Shown: positions 13,184 to 23,259 of the stretch, piece after piece | Numbering within the stretch: position 1 is the first letter of the stretch | How the letters are laid out: the number at the start of each line of letters is the position of its first letter | From: Scyliorhinus canicula | Taxonomy: Eukaryota | Length of the DNA: 64,000 nt | NCBI RefSeq assembly: GCF_902713615.1 | Contig: NC_052149.1 | Span: 106,866,989-106,930,988 of the forward strand | Direction of reading: 5' to 3' | Notes under the pieces: model-generated | Database searches by the model: none | What the model was told of the DNA's origin: nothing | What the model saw: the letters and a program-made list of their open reading frames with translations, nothing else | Made by a program: the position numbers and the translations under genes

Positions 13184-13989
13184 CATAATTGTCAATGCAG
13201 AGCAAGGCCTAATGAGTTGCAGATTGGAGTCTGCAGATTTGAGGACATGGTTGGTGCGAGGAACATCAGTTGAGTAGTCAAGGGTAGAAATAGAAAGGAA
13301 TTAAAACATATTTCAATAAAGTTTATGGAAACAATTAATCTTGACTCGTTTTGTCTAGTTTCTGGCTCAATCTTTCCCCCCTTCACAATTCAGGAAACAA
13401 AATCAGTCTTATCCAAAAAATGTGAAGGTGTCTTTGGACAGCCTTTGTACCTTTTTTTTTGGTAAGGACATTGTGTTAAAAGAACTCACAAATATACTGC
13501 CGCTTTATATAGAGTACTTTGCAAGCAACTACACAAGCCAATAAATATGTTGCTCCATTATCCTTTCATAGTGCCAATTGATGTGTAGGTACCAGAACAA
13601 TCATCTAGGTCATTCATCATCAGATACAAATGACATTGGCAACACAGACTGATGAGGAATTAGTTTATTTCTTTGCGTCATTAGGAGTCTGTTTACCAGA
13701 TGGTAAATAGAAAAGTAACTACTACCAGCATTTTGGCTGAAATGTACTTTGAATGAAATGCTTAACAGCTTAGTAATCCTCACTGGGATTGAAATATTTT
13801 TAAACTGCATATTTGAGAGAAAGATACTTAAAGCCAAAACGATCTTGCTGGCACATTCGTAAAATAATTAATCTTTCTTACTACATCCATTCTTCCTGTT
13901 TTAGAAGTGCCAGGTCCACACACATTTATTTTTCCAATGCTCAGGTTTGTAGTGTTAAGATAAATGCCAAGCTTCAACTGGAATAAATA

Positions 13990-14250
13990 TCACAGAATCC
14001 CTACAGTGCAGAAGGAGGCCTCTCGGCCCATCGACTCTGCACCGACCTTCCGAAAGAGCACTCCACCCATCCCTGGACACTAAGGGGCAATTTATCACAG
14101 CCAATACACCTAACCCGCGCATCTTTGGATTGTGGGAGGAAATTGGAGTAACCGGAGGAAATCCACGCAGACACGGGGAGAACGTGTAAACTCCACACAG
14201 ACAGTGACGCAAGCCGAGAATTGAACCCGGGTCCCTAGCGCTGTGCTGCA
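13990..14250 (-). mobile_element. HE1-type V-SINE
   Basis: Reverse complement of V-core and tail. Confidence 0.85.
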
Positions 14251-14569
14251 CCACGACGTTCAGGGTGTTGTCAATCACTGCCTACTGCACAACAAACTTA
14301 AATTTAGACATGAAATAAGCCAAGATGGTACACCACAGATTCCTGAAATGACAGATAAGTTAACAAAACAAATCAAAGATCAATTGTTGGAAAGCTTCAA
14401 ATGGGAGATAGTACAAAATAAATACATTCCTTTAAGGTTAAAAAGTGGCATATTAAGCAATTGAGGTCCATGAATAATAGTGAGAGATTAAAGTAATCAG
14501 CACTAGATAAAATGAAGGCTCCCAATATAGAAAATAGCCAAGATATTAGAAGTAAAAGAACCGTGGTAA

Positions 14570-14950
14570 CATTAAGGTTATGTTACTGGACTAGTAATCA
14601 AGAGGCCTGGATGAATAATTGAGAGACAAAAACCCATTATGGTAATTGGGATATTAAATAAATCTGGAATTTGAAGAGAACTGGTCTCAGCAATGATGGG
14701 CATAAACTACTGTGAAAAATGCATCTGGTTCGCTAAAGTCCGTCAGGGAAGGAAATCTGCCATCCTTACCTGGTCTGACCTACGTGTGACTCCATACCCA
14801 CAGCAATGTGGTTGATTCTTAACTGCCCTCTGAGTGGCTGAGCAAGCCATTCAGTTGTATCCAAGAAGAAGGCCCATTACTAACTTCTCAAGGATAATTA
14901 AAATTGGGCAATAAATACTGACTTTAACTGCACTGGCCACTTTCTGTTAA
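14570..14950 (+). mobile_element. SINE family 2 (tail gggcaattagggatgggcaataaatgctgg)
   Basis: ctggactagtaatc head and agggaaggaaatctgccatccttacctggtctg...cacagcaatgtggttga body; recurs at ~23490, 28130, 29560, 34110(-), 35880, 37190(-), 41970, 43560(-). Confidence 0.75.
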
Positions 14951-15689
14951 TGAATTTAAAAGTATTCGAGAAGTTAGATCCACTTGGTAATGGAGAGGAG
15001 GCATGTTAAGAGATATTAAATATTTTGGTATTTAAACGATAGTGACAGTAAGACAGCACCTTTCTAATCCGCAACCTCTACTGCATAGAGGAACAGGTGC
15101 AGCAGATGGATGGAAACGCTCCCCTCAAAGACACCCACAATCATGACTTGAAAATATATGGGTGTTCTTTCTTTATTGCTGGGTCAAAACCCCGGAGTTC
15201 CTTATCTAATAGCACTATGGATGTACCTACACAATATGGACTGCAGTGGTTGGCGAGGGCAATTAGGGATGGACAATAATGCTAGGCTTTGCTTAAATGA
15301 ATTGAAATAATGGGCAATTAAATGGGGCGAGTGTGAACAAAAACGTTTTTGGAACAATACACAGAAAGCTGCTGAAGGGGATGAGTGAACATTGATTGAT
15401 ACTGAGGGGATCAATTGCAGAATCCCCCTGAAAGTGCAATTGAGAACAGAAAATATCAATTATAAAGCCCTTATGATGCCTCATTTGTAAATTCCAATAT
15501 ATTGATAAACCATTACAAAATATTGACTAGGCCACAGTTAAGAGTATTGTTTGCAGTTTCAGCTGCTTCACAAGTACATTACAACCATAAAGTATATTTA
15601 TCGTTATTGGTATCAGTCCTTTGTGGCTACACCCAAGGGTGTCTGTCACTTCTGTATTTAACACTGTCTGTTGTGGCTGTAGAGGCTGT

Positions 15690-16100
15690 TTTATGACTGG
15701 CAATCCTGTCCACAACTGGCACAGCTGAATGGTGTTGACTGATGTTTTCTTCTTACCGCCGGTCTCTGTTTTCTGCCATCTGGCCATTTCTTTTGTCTCC
15801 TGCTTCTCCCATAGCCTTCCTGCTTGTCTCCAAGCAGCCGGGTCAATAGAGATGTCTTCCCATACATCATCTCTGATTCCAGTGAACTTGAAGGCTCGCT
15901 TGCAGAAATCCTTGTATCGCAGATGCGGGTGACCTGTCCCATGTCTCACTACACCACATACTCACCATGTCTTTGGGGATAAGGCCATCATCCATTTGGT
16001 TCACATGACCCAGCCAATGGAGTTGCCATCGAATCAGGAGGCAAACATGCTGCTCCTATGCTTGGCACTGTGTCATGCCAGGAGATGCCCAATGTTAATC
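15690..16100 (-). mobile_element. RTE-clade LINE ORF2 C-terminal fragment
   Basis: GHPHLRYKDFCKRAFKFTGIRDDVWEDISIDPAAWRQA matches the RTE GRP.LRYKD..KRD...W...A.DR..WR motif. Confidence 0.7.
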
Positions 16101-16103
16101 TGA

Positions 16104-16452
16104 GGCAGCAAAAGTAGAAGCTCAGTGGTTAGCACTGCTGCCTCACAATGCCAGGGACCCGGGTTCGATTACAGTCTTGGGTGGCTGCCTGTGTGGAGTT
16201 TGCACGTTCTCCCCGTGTCTGCTCGAGTTTCCTCTCGGTGCTCCACTTTTCTCCCACAGTCCAAAGATGTGAAGGTTAGGTCGATTGGCCATACTAAATT
16301 TCCCCTTAGTGTGTCCAAAGGCGTGCAGGTTAGGTTACAAGGAAAGGGCGGGAGAGGACAGGAGACTGGTCCTTGGTAGAGGTGCTCTTTTGGAGGGTTG
16401 GTGCAGAGGCAATGGGCCAAATTACCTCCTGCTGCATGGTAGGGATTCTATG
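16104..16452 (+). mobile_element. HE1-type V-SINE
   Basis: V-core and ttctatg tail. Confidence 0.85.
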
Positions 16453-16559
16453 GAAGATACAAGGATTTATTTTCTTGGCTTGCCGAAGTTGTCCATGTCT
16501 CACTATTGTAAAGGAGGATGCTGAGAGCACAAGGCTGGTATGCACGGAGCTTTCTATTT

Positions 16560-17130
16560 TCGGTTAGTTAGCTGTTGGTCCACACTTGGCTTCTCAACTT
16601 TGACATGACAACTGTGGCCTTGGCACCTGGCCATGTTGAGAGATACGGGTGTTGGCATGTGGTGTAGGGTGGGGTGCGAGGGGGCTGCCGGCGGTGCGAT
16701 CGCCCTCTGGGGGGGTGGGTTGGGGTGTGTGGGCCAGAGGTGGTGCCAGGAGCACGGAGCTGGTGACTCACCATGTCTGGCCAAGGGGGTTGCCCATCCT
16801 AACCCAGGACTGCCTGCTGGGCTGCCTGGTGGGTGCCACATGTGGGGGCATGATGGGTGTGGAACGAGGGTGGTGCCATAGGTACATGGCTGGTGACTCA
16901 CCTTAGCCCCCTTGAGAAGGTTGTGCGCTTTTTCCGCCGCTGCTGCCTGGTCTTTGCAGTGAGGTCCATGACTCTCATGGCCTCTGTCAACTGCGTCCAA
17001 GCCCAGTTGACATTGGGGGGTGGCAGCCGCCTTCCCATCCCGGGAACAGGGTGTCCAGCCTCTCCTACACGACATCCAGCAATACTTTCAGCTCCGCATC
17101 CAGGTAGACCAAGGTCCTGGAGCGTGTTTA
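16560..17130 (-). mobile_element. Decayed Harbinger ORF2 (Myb/SANT-like DNA-binding protein)
   Basis: DAELKVLLDVV*ERLDTLFP / GRRLPPPNVNWAWTQLTEAMRVMDLTAKTRQQRRKK resembles the Myb-like domain of PIF/Harbinger ORF2; stop and frameshift present. Confidence 0.65.
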
Positions 17131-17231
17131 CTGTGTAGCAGATTAGACTTAGAAGTGACCTGATAGGTATGTACAAAATAATTAAAGGGCATTCTTGCTG
17201 GTAGATTATTTCAGTTTATTATCTCGGAGAG

Positions 17232-17560
17232 GAACAGTGGCACGATGGCACAGTGGTTAGCACTGCTGGCTCACAGCACCAGGGCCCCGGGTTCAATTCA
17301 AACCTCAGGCAACTGACTGTGTGGAGTTTGCACGTTCTCACCTTGTCTGCGTGGGTTTCCTCCAGGTGGTTCAGTTTCCTCCCATAGTCCAAAGATGTGC
17401 AAGTTAGGTAGATTGGCCATGGTAAATTGCACCTTAGTGTGTCCATAGATGTGTAGGATAGGTTACAGGGTTGCGGGGATAGGGCTGGAGAGTGGGTCTA
17501 GGTAGGGTGCTCATTCGGCAGAACGGTGCAGACTCAAAATGCCAAATGGTCTCCTTCTGC
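17232..17560 (+). mobile_element. HE1-type V-SINE
   Basis: Head, V-core, ggtgcagactc tail. Confidence 0.85.
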
Positions 17561-17940
17561 TCTTGAACAGGAACATCAGTTTAAGCTGTGTAAGAGCAGG
17601 AATAGACTGGATGTACTTCTCCCACAGTGAACGTTTAAAATAGATTGCCAGTTGATGTGGTGGGTGCTGGACCAGCTTGTCTTTTCCTGTCCTTATTGTG
17701 TGTTTATAGTTATCCAACCTGGATTATATGTGGAAATAAATCTGAATATGTATATATAATATCATCCTGTGGTTTGTTACTTCCAAGCAGAATTACTGGA
17801 ATCCACTTTGCCTGCTATTGTACATCTCCAGGTCCAACACTCCTCATTACTTTACTAATTACATTGGTTGGATGGCTGGTTTGTGATGCAGATGCAATGT
17901 TCTCCCTGTGTCTGCGTGGGTTTCCTCCGGGTGCTCCGGT

Positions 17941-18349
17941 TGTTATATTACCCTTAGTGGTAATATGTTGTGTTCTTTGTCTTTTGTTCGCGAATGGTCC
18001 ATTGAGTTGATGACAAAGAATCCACCAATCATCAGATTGAAACTAAACTAAATAATTGGATAATGATTAATTAAGCGAAGTTCGCACATGCTATAGTTAA
18101 TAATAAAGTAATATTGAATCTGTCTAGTAGTGATCAATAATCTAAATGGTCACTAATAATAACCTCGTGTCAACTCTCTAATCTAATACTCTTCTCATCC
18201 TGTTCTCAGGTTTTCTTCTTCACGAACTACCCAGCATTCCCTGAGTTCTGATTTAAATACGGAGATATGGTGGTGCCCTCTAGTGTTTGAATTACACAGA
18301 GATGTAATAATTAACCCTTCACTAACTTGCCTAGATACATATCATTACA
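17941..18349. mobile_element. Solo LTR (409 bp) with 5-bp TSD CCGGT, inserted in a SINE (~17893-18530)
   Basis: gtgct-ccggt|TGTTAT...ATTACA|ccggt-ttcctcccac; removing it restores the V-domain ggtgctccggtttcctcccac. Confidence 0.85.
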
Positions 18350-18539
18350 CCGGTTTCCTCCCACAAGTCTCGACAGACGTCCTTGTTAGGTGAATTGGAC
18401 TTTCTGAATTCTCTCTCTCTGTACTCGAACAGGTGCCGGAATGTGGCGACTAGGGGATTTTCACAGTAACTTCATTGCAATGTTAATGTAAACCTACTTG
18501 TGACAACAATAAAGATTATGATTATATTATTATAAAAAA

Positions 18540-18705
18540 AGAGCGGCTTCAATTCCCGTACCGACTGTGGTTATCCAACCTTGCCCCTCGCCTGAGGTGT
18601 GGTGACCCTCAGGTTAAGTCACAACCAGTCAACTCTCTCCCTCTCTCTCTCTCAAAGGGGAGAGCAGCTATAGTCATCTGGGACAATGGCGACTTTCACT
18701 TTTCA
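18540..18705 (+). mobile_element. SINE fragment (third tail type)
   Basis: ttcaattcccgtacc B-box, then cccctcgcctgaggtgtggtgaccctcaggtt...gtcatctgggacaatggcgactttcac. Confidence 0.55.
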
Positions 18706-20804
18706 CTCTTCCAAGCAATTGAACAATACCACCAAAAGGCTATAGCCAACACCAGGAGCCAATTTAAAACAAGCTGTAGTAATGACTTACCTGTAATAAA
18801 ATTCTTACAAACGGCACATGTTTCTTGTCGCATTTTATCAAATTCTCTGACTCACCCTGAATGACAAGATTGATTGCCACATTTTAATACCAAAACCTAA
18901 AGACCTAGCAAGGAAACAATGGAGGAATTGAAAACCTCAAGTTCAAGGTGAAACCCACTCAAACCTTTGTTCTCACAATCCCTTAACTTGTGCAATTCTT
19001 TGTAACTGGCAGTCAGTCAGCCATCTATAACATTTTAAAACACACATCATTCAGTGAACTTTGTCGCATACAATGTGGCACTTCGCTTATCATTCTAGTT
19101 TTGAAACACTCAGTGATTCACGCATTTGTAGCACTGTGGTCTTATGATGGTGATTAAATTAGGTTAAGGAAACCTGGCAGAAATGTACAAGCTCTCTACA
19201 TGAGGAACTGTAACCTAGAACAAAGTCTCATTGCCATGGAGTTTATTATCCATCCCCTTTGCTCATAAACAAAAGCTGCCCCACCCTTGCGAACTCACGA
19301 ACCAAACAACTTCCCAAGCAAAAGGACAGAATCACAGGTGAAAGAAATATATGTTCGTAGGATCTACTGCAGATTTTCACTAACAGATGTCCAACATTTG
19401 GAATACACTTCACATTTCAAATGAATCGAAAAGACACCAGGGAACCAGGAAAACATGTTAATGAAGCTTAGCTGGGTCTCCTGGTTACAGGTAAACACTG
19501 GATAATTTATATTTTCACATTCAGGCCTAAGCCTATCATTCTAACTGTATTCAACAGTTTCATATTCAGATCATAATAGATTCACAGGAATTTATTTATC
19601 ATGACTCCAGGCTTCAGTACTGCACTTGAGATTCAACACATTGAGTAATATAAATGCAGCACAGACAAAATTATTTATTTCTGGCTAGAAATTTAGTTGG
19701 GTGTCTCTCCAGCAATATATATATTTTACAATTGTTTTGCTACCAATTTGTTTTTCTCATTTTCATTTCAACACTGAAACATTGTGTTAGAAATTCCAGC
19801 GGATGAAGCTAATTACTCTTGCTACATTTGTGAATTCATGTCCCCATTTAAAAATTACACAGCTATTGATCATTTATTAATTATTTCTCAACCGAGGTGA
19901 ACCTAAACGTTGCCAACTCTGATTGCATGTTTTCCTGAAGGTTTCGCCACAGCTGGTCAAACAGCTTCTCATTCCCTTCAGTGCCCTTTGTGCCTGGGAG
20001 GGAAGAGGGGAAACTGATTAAGTTAGGACATGCTGAAATGGGTTCATTATGTCCTGACAGTTAAGGTGAAGGCTGGCAGGTGAATGAACACAAAGGTCAA
20101 TTGGGCAACATACCGAGAGCAACCGGCACTCATACAAGCTAAACCCAATGAAATGAGCTAAAACATTCAAGAGGTAGAGAGAAAGGGAAAAATGCCCATT
20201 CAAAAAAATAAGTCACACCTCACCAAAATAGGTAGATTGAAAAATCATGGAGGCATTTTATCCCAATCTATTCATGTGCAAAGCGAAAAAAAAAATAATG
20301 GTGTTATTGTCATTTTGTAGTGTTAGTACTTAATAAACTTGTTGCAATAACAGCCTTGTCTCTGCCGAGGTTCTGTACTGGGCTCCTATTACAGCATAGG
20401 AACGGGCCATTCAGCCCAACTAATTTGTACTATTTATAGTTTGCTCCAGTTCCATCTCCTGTATCTTTGTATTTTTTTTCTCTTCTAGCTTCATTTTGAA
20501 AGCATCCAAGCTATTTGCATAAATTACTTCCTGCAGAAATAAGTTCCAGATTGTAACCACTAAGTAATTTCTAATTTCCCTATTGAAATTATTAATAACT
20601 ATCTTCTATTTATGGCCAATACAAAGGAAATGTTGCAGATGCTAGAAATCTGAAATGTAAAAAAATCAAAGTAATAAAAGAAAGGGCATTCTGACGGAAG
20701 ATTTGACCTTCCATTGTCTACTTTTATTCTAAAATTGGAACAGTGACTGTTTTTCCTTCTTACATGAACAATGTAAAACCACTTTTCTGTGTATAATCAG
20801 CACC

Positions 20805-20824
20805 CATTTTAACTTTTCTTTCAG
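20805..20824 (+). promoter_or_regulatory. Splice acceptor opening the APOBEC4 coding exon (exon starts ~20825)
   Basis: ttttaacttttctttcag|gaatac: branch-like ttaac, pyrimidine tract and CAG 75 nt before the ATG; fits the non-coding exon 1 plus single coding exon layout of mammalian APOBEC4. Confidence 0.75.
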
Positions 20825-20899
20825 GAATACATTGCCCGTAAAGGATTATGATGTTGCAGTGAAAGTATTCTTTCCAAATGGTGAGGTGAACCAACCATC

Positions 20900-22018
20900 A
20901 TGATGGCTGTTTATGAAGAATACATTGCTCCCCAGGGCACACTGGTGAAGCCTTACTACTGGCTGTATTTCACTGAGAGCTGTCCAAAATGTCCGTATCA
21001 CATCAAAACAGGGGAAGAAGCACGTGTTTCCTACATTGAATTTTATGAAAGCTTTGGGTTTCCCTATGCTCAACCACAGTCTGGCAGGCATCTGATCTTT
21101 TATGAACTGAAGTTATCATCTGGTACCCTAGTGCAGAAAGGACAAGTAACGAACTGTACTTTGTTTCACCTTCATCCAGAATCTATCTTCTTTGATATAG
21201 ATGGCTATCTGGATACACTCTTGTATTCCTATGAAAATATTGCTTACATTACTATCTACTCCAATTACACCCCGTGCAATGAAAGAACCCATTACTGCAT
21301 GAACAAAATGTATGATTTCTTGGTAAATTATCCCAGCACGAGGTTGGATATTTATTTCTCTGCACTCTATCATACCGATGATAATTTTTCTGAATCTGGC
21401 TGGAATAGAGAAGCTCTCCACAGCTTGGCTTCACTTTGGCCGAGGGTTACCCTCAATCCCATCAGCAATGGGACATGGCTGACAATCCTTCATAGGTTTG
21501 TGAGCGGTGTGCCTCGGTCAACACTTTACAATCCAGTTCTGCCCGAGAGGGCTTTTGCAGACTTGAGGAATGCCCATCAGATAGCTGCCATCACTGGAGT
21601 TAACCCTGCTTACATAGATGTTGCACCCCAAGCAAAACAACATCAAAAGCGACTTCTTAAGCCAACGGATGTGGACATGTATCCTATTTCACAAGCACCG
21701 CTGCCAGTTATGAATAGAATAGCGTTAATAGTTCCACCCCAACTATACCAACCCTATATGAATTTTCCAAACAACTTGACATTGCCTTTGCACATACACC
21801 CACTTCAGCAACAGAACATTAAACCGAAGAATGTGGTGAGACATCTGGACATGCCCAACATATCGATGTGGAAACCATCAGCAACTCCATCACCACACAA
21901 CATTCAATTAACTGAAACAGTGGACATTTTAGAAGCTCCAGTGAAGAAAAGAACGAACCAGTCAATGCAACAGAGGAAAAAGACAAGGAAAAGGGAAAAA
22001 TCCACGAGAAGGAATTAG
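20900..22018 (+). CDS. apobec4: APOBEC4 (AID/APOBEC-family cytidine deaminase-like protein), single coding exon, 372 aa
   Basis: Uninterrupted ORF colinear with human APOBEC4 as I recall it: YEEY..P.GT.VKPYYWL, CPKCPYHIKTGEEARVS, FYELKLSSGTLVQKG, H92-P-E94 (21173-21181), SNYTP-C126-NERTHY-C133 (APOBEC4-type PCx6C spacing), WNREALHSLASLWPRV, KPKNVVRHLDMP and a basic C-terminal tail. Confidence 0.97.
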   Translation: MMAVYEEYIAPQGTLVKPYYWLYFTESCPKCPYHIKTGEEARVSYIEFYESFGFPYAQPQSGRHLIFYELKLSSGTLVQKGQVTNCTLFHLHPESIFFDIDGYLDTLLYSYENIAYITIYSNYTPCNERTHYCMNKMYDFLVNYPSTRLDIYFSALYHTDDNFSESGWNREALHSLASLWPRVTLNPISNGTWLTILHRFVSGVPRSTLYNPVLPERAFADLRNAHQIAAITGVNPAYIDVAPQAKQHQKRLLKPTDVDMYPISQAPLPVMNRIALIVPPQLYQPYMNFPNNLTLPLHIHPLQQQNIKPKNVVRHLDMPNISMWKPSATPSPHNIQLTETVDILEAPVKKRTNQSMQQRKKTRKREKSTRRN

Positions 22019-22468
22019 CTGACGAAAACAGCTCTTTCAGACTGGCAGAACTAAAACTAGATTCCTTTTATACAGCATTAAGGAACACTATCACTATCAC
22101 TGCTTTTTCAGAAACTTTGCACAGGAAGTATAATAGAATATGCCATCAAATTTGTCAACTCTATTCAACCATTGTTGTTCGCCATGGCAGTTTCCATGTT
22201 TTTTGCCCACTTCCTTCCTATTTCACCCCACCTATAATACTCTCATTTCTCAAGTATCAACCTCCAAAGCAGTTCAGTTCCGATTGTATCTGCGGTCTCC
22301 TGAGCTGCATGTGAATTTCACATTCAGAAATCCTAAACAACAAAGCGTTTCCTGGGTCACTTTGGATGAACTTTGCTTGAATTCCAAGAATATTGGCGCT
22401 TATTCGGGATTCTCATACTGAAAGTGCTTGTGAACCTCCAGGAAATATATCCGAAGATTACCTAATCG

Positions 22469-22474
22469 ATTAAA
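22469..22474 (+). terminator. Candidate APOBEC4 polyadenylation signal (ATTAAA)
   Basis: ATTAAA ~450 nt after the stop, followed by GT-rich tgttattgtatgctggtgg; no transcript data. Confidence 0.35.
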
Positions 22475-22624
22475 AATCATTGTTATTGTATGCTGGTGGA
22501 TTTTTACAGGCCAGCATCATTTTCCTCAGCTGAAGCACCCAAAATTGAACTCAATATTCCATGTCACTTGATTGCTCTATAAAATTGCAGTAATGCTTTC
22601 TTGCTTCTATATTCTATACCTATT

Positions 22625-23259
22625 GGGCGCGGGATGGGGGGGCAGCTGGAATTCCGCCCCGCCGCTCCAACGCCGGCTGCTGAATTCTCCAATGCCGGTT
22701 TTTTGGTGGGTAGGGGGGGATCACGTCCCGCCAGGGGGGGCCGTTGCCAATGGACGTCCTGGCGATGATCTGGGCCCCAATAGGCCGTGCGGCCGCCCGT
22801 TTCCGGCCAGTCCCGATGGCGTGAAACACAAGGTCCATACCGGCGGGACCTGGCTCTGAGGGCAGCCTGCGGAGTCCTCAGGGGGGCACGGGGGGGGGGG
22901 TCTGGCCCCGGGGGGCCCCCGCACGGTGGCCTGGCCCGCGATCTTTCCCTCCGCACCGGCCTCTGTAAAGCTCAACCATGACTGCGCGGAGAAGAAACAC
23001 CCTGCGCATGCGCAGGGATCACACCAGTTGTTGTGCGCTTGCGCCAGAGCACGCTGGCGCTCCCGCGCATGTGCCAACTCGTGCCAGCTGGCGGAAGCCC
23101 TTCGGCGCCGGTTGGCACGGCGCCAACCACTCCAGCGTCGGCCTAGCCCCTGGAAGTGCGGGGGAATCCGCAACTTTCGGGCGGCCCAACGCCGGAGTGG
23201 TTCATGCCACTCTTTGGCGCCGGTACCGCCCGCCCGCCGGTTGGGGGAGAATCCCGGCC
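22625..23259. mobile_element. GC-rich MITE with 3-bp TSD ATT, ~600 bp after the APOBEC4 stop
   Basis: att|gggcgcgggat...ggagaatcccggcc|att. Confidence 0.75.

Noticed and set aside
20846-21434. Antisense ORFs overlapping APOBEC4
   Set aside because: Shadow frames of the real CDS with no recognisable motifs.
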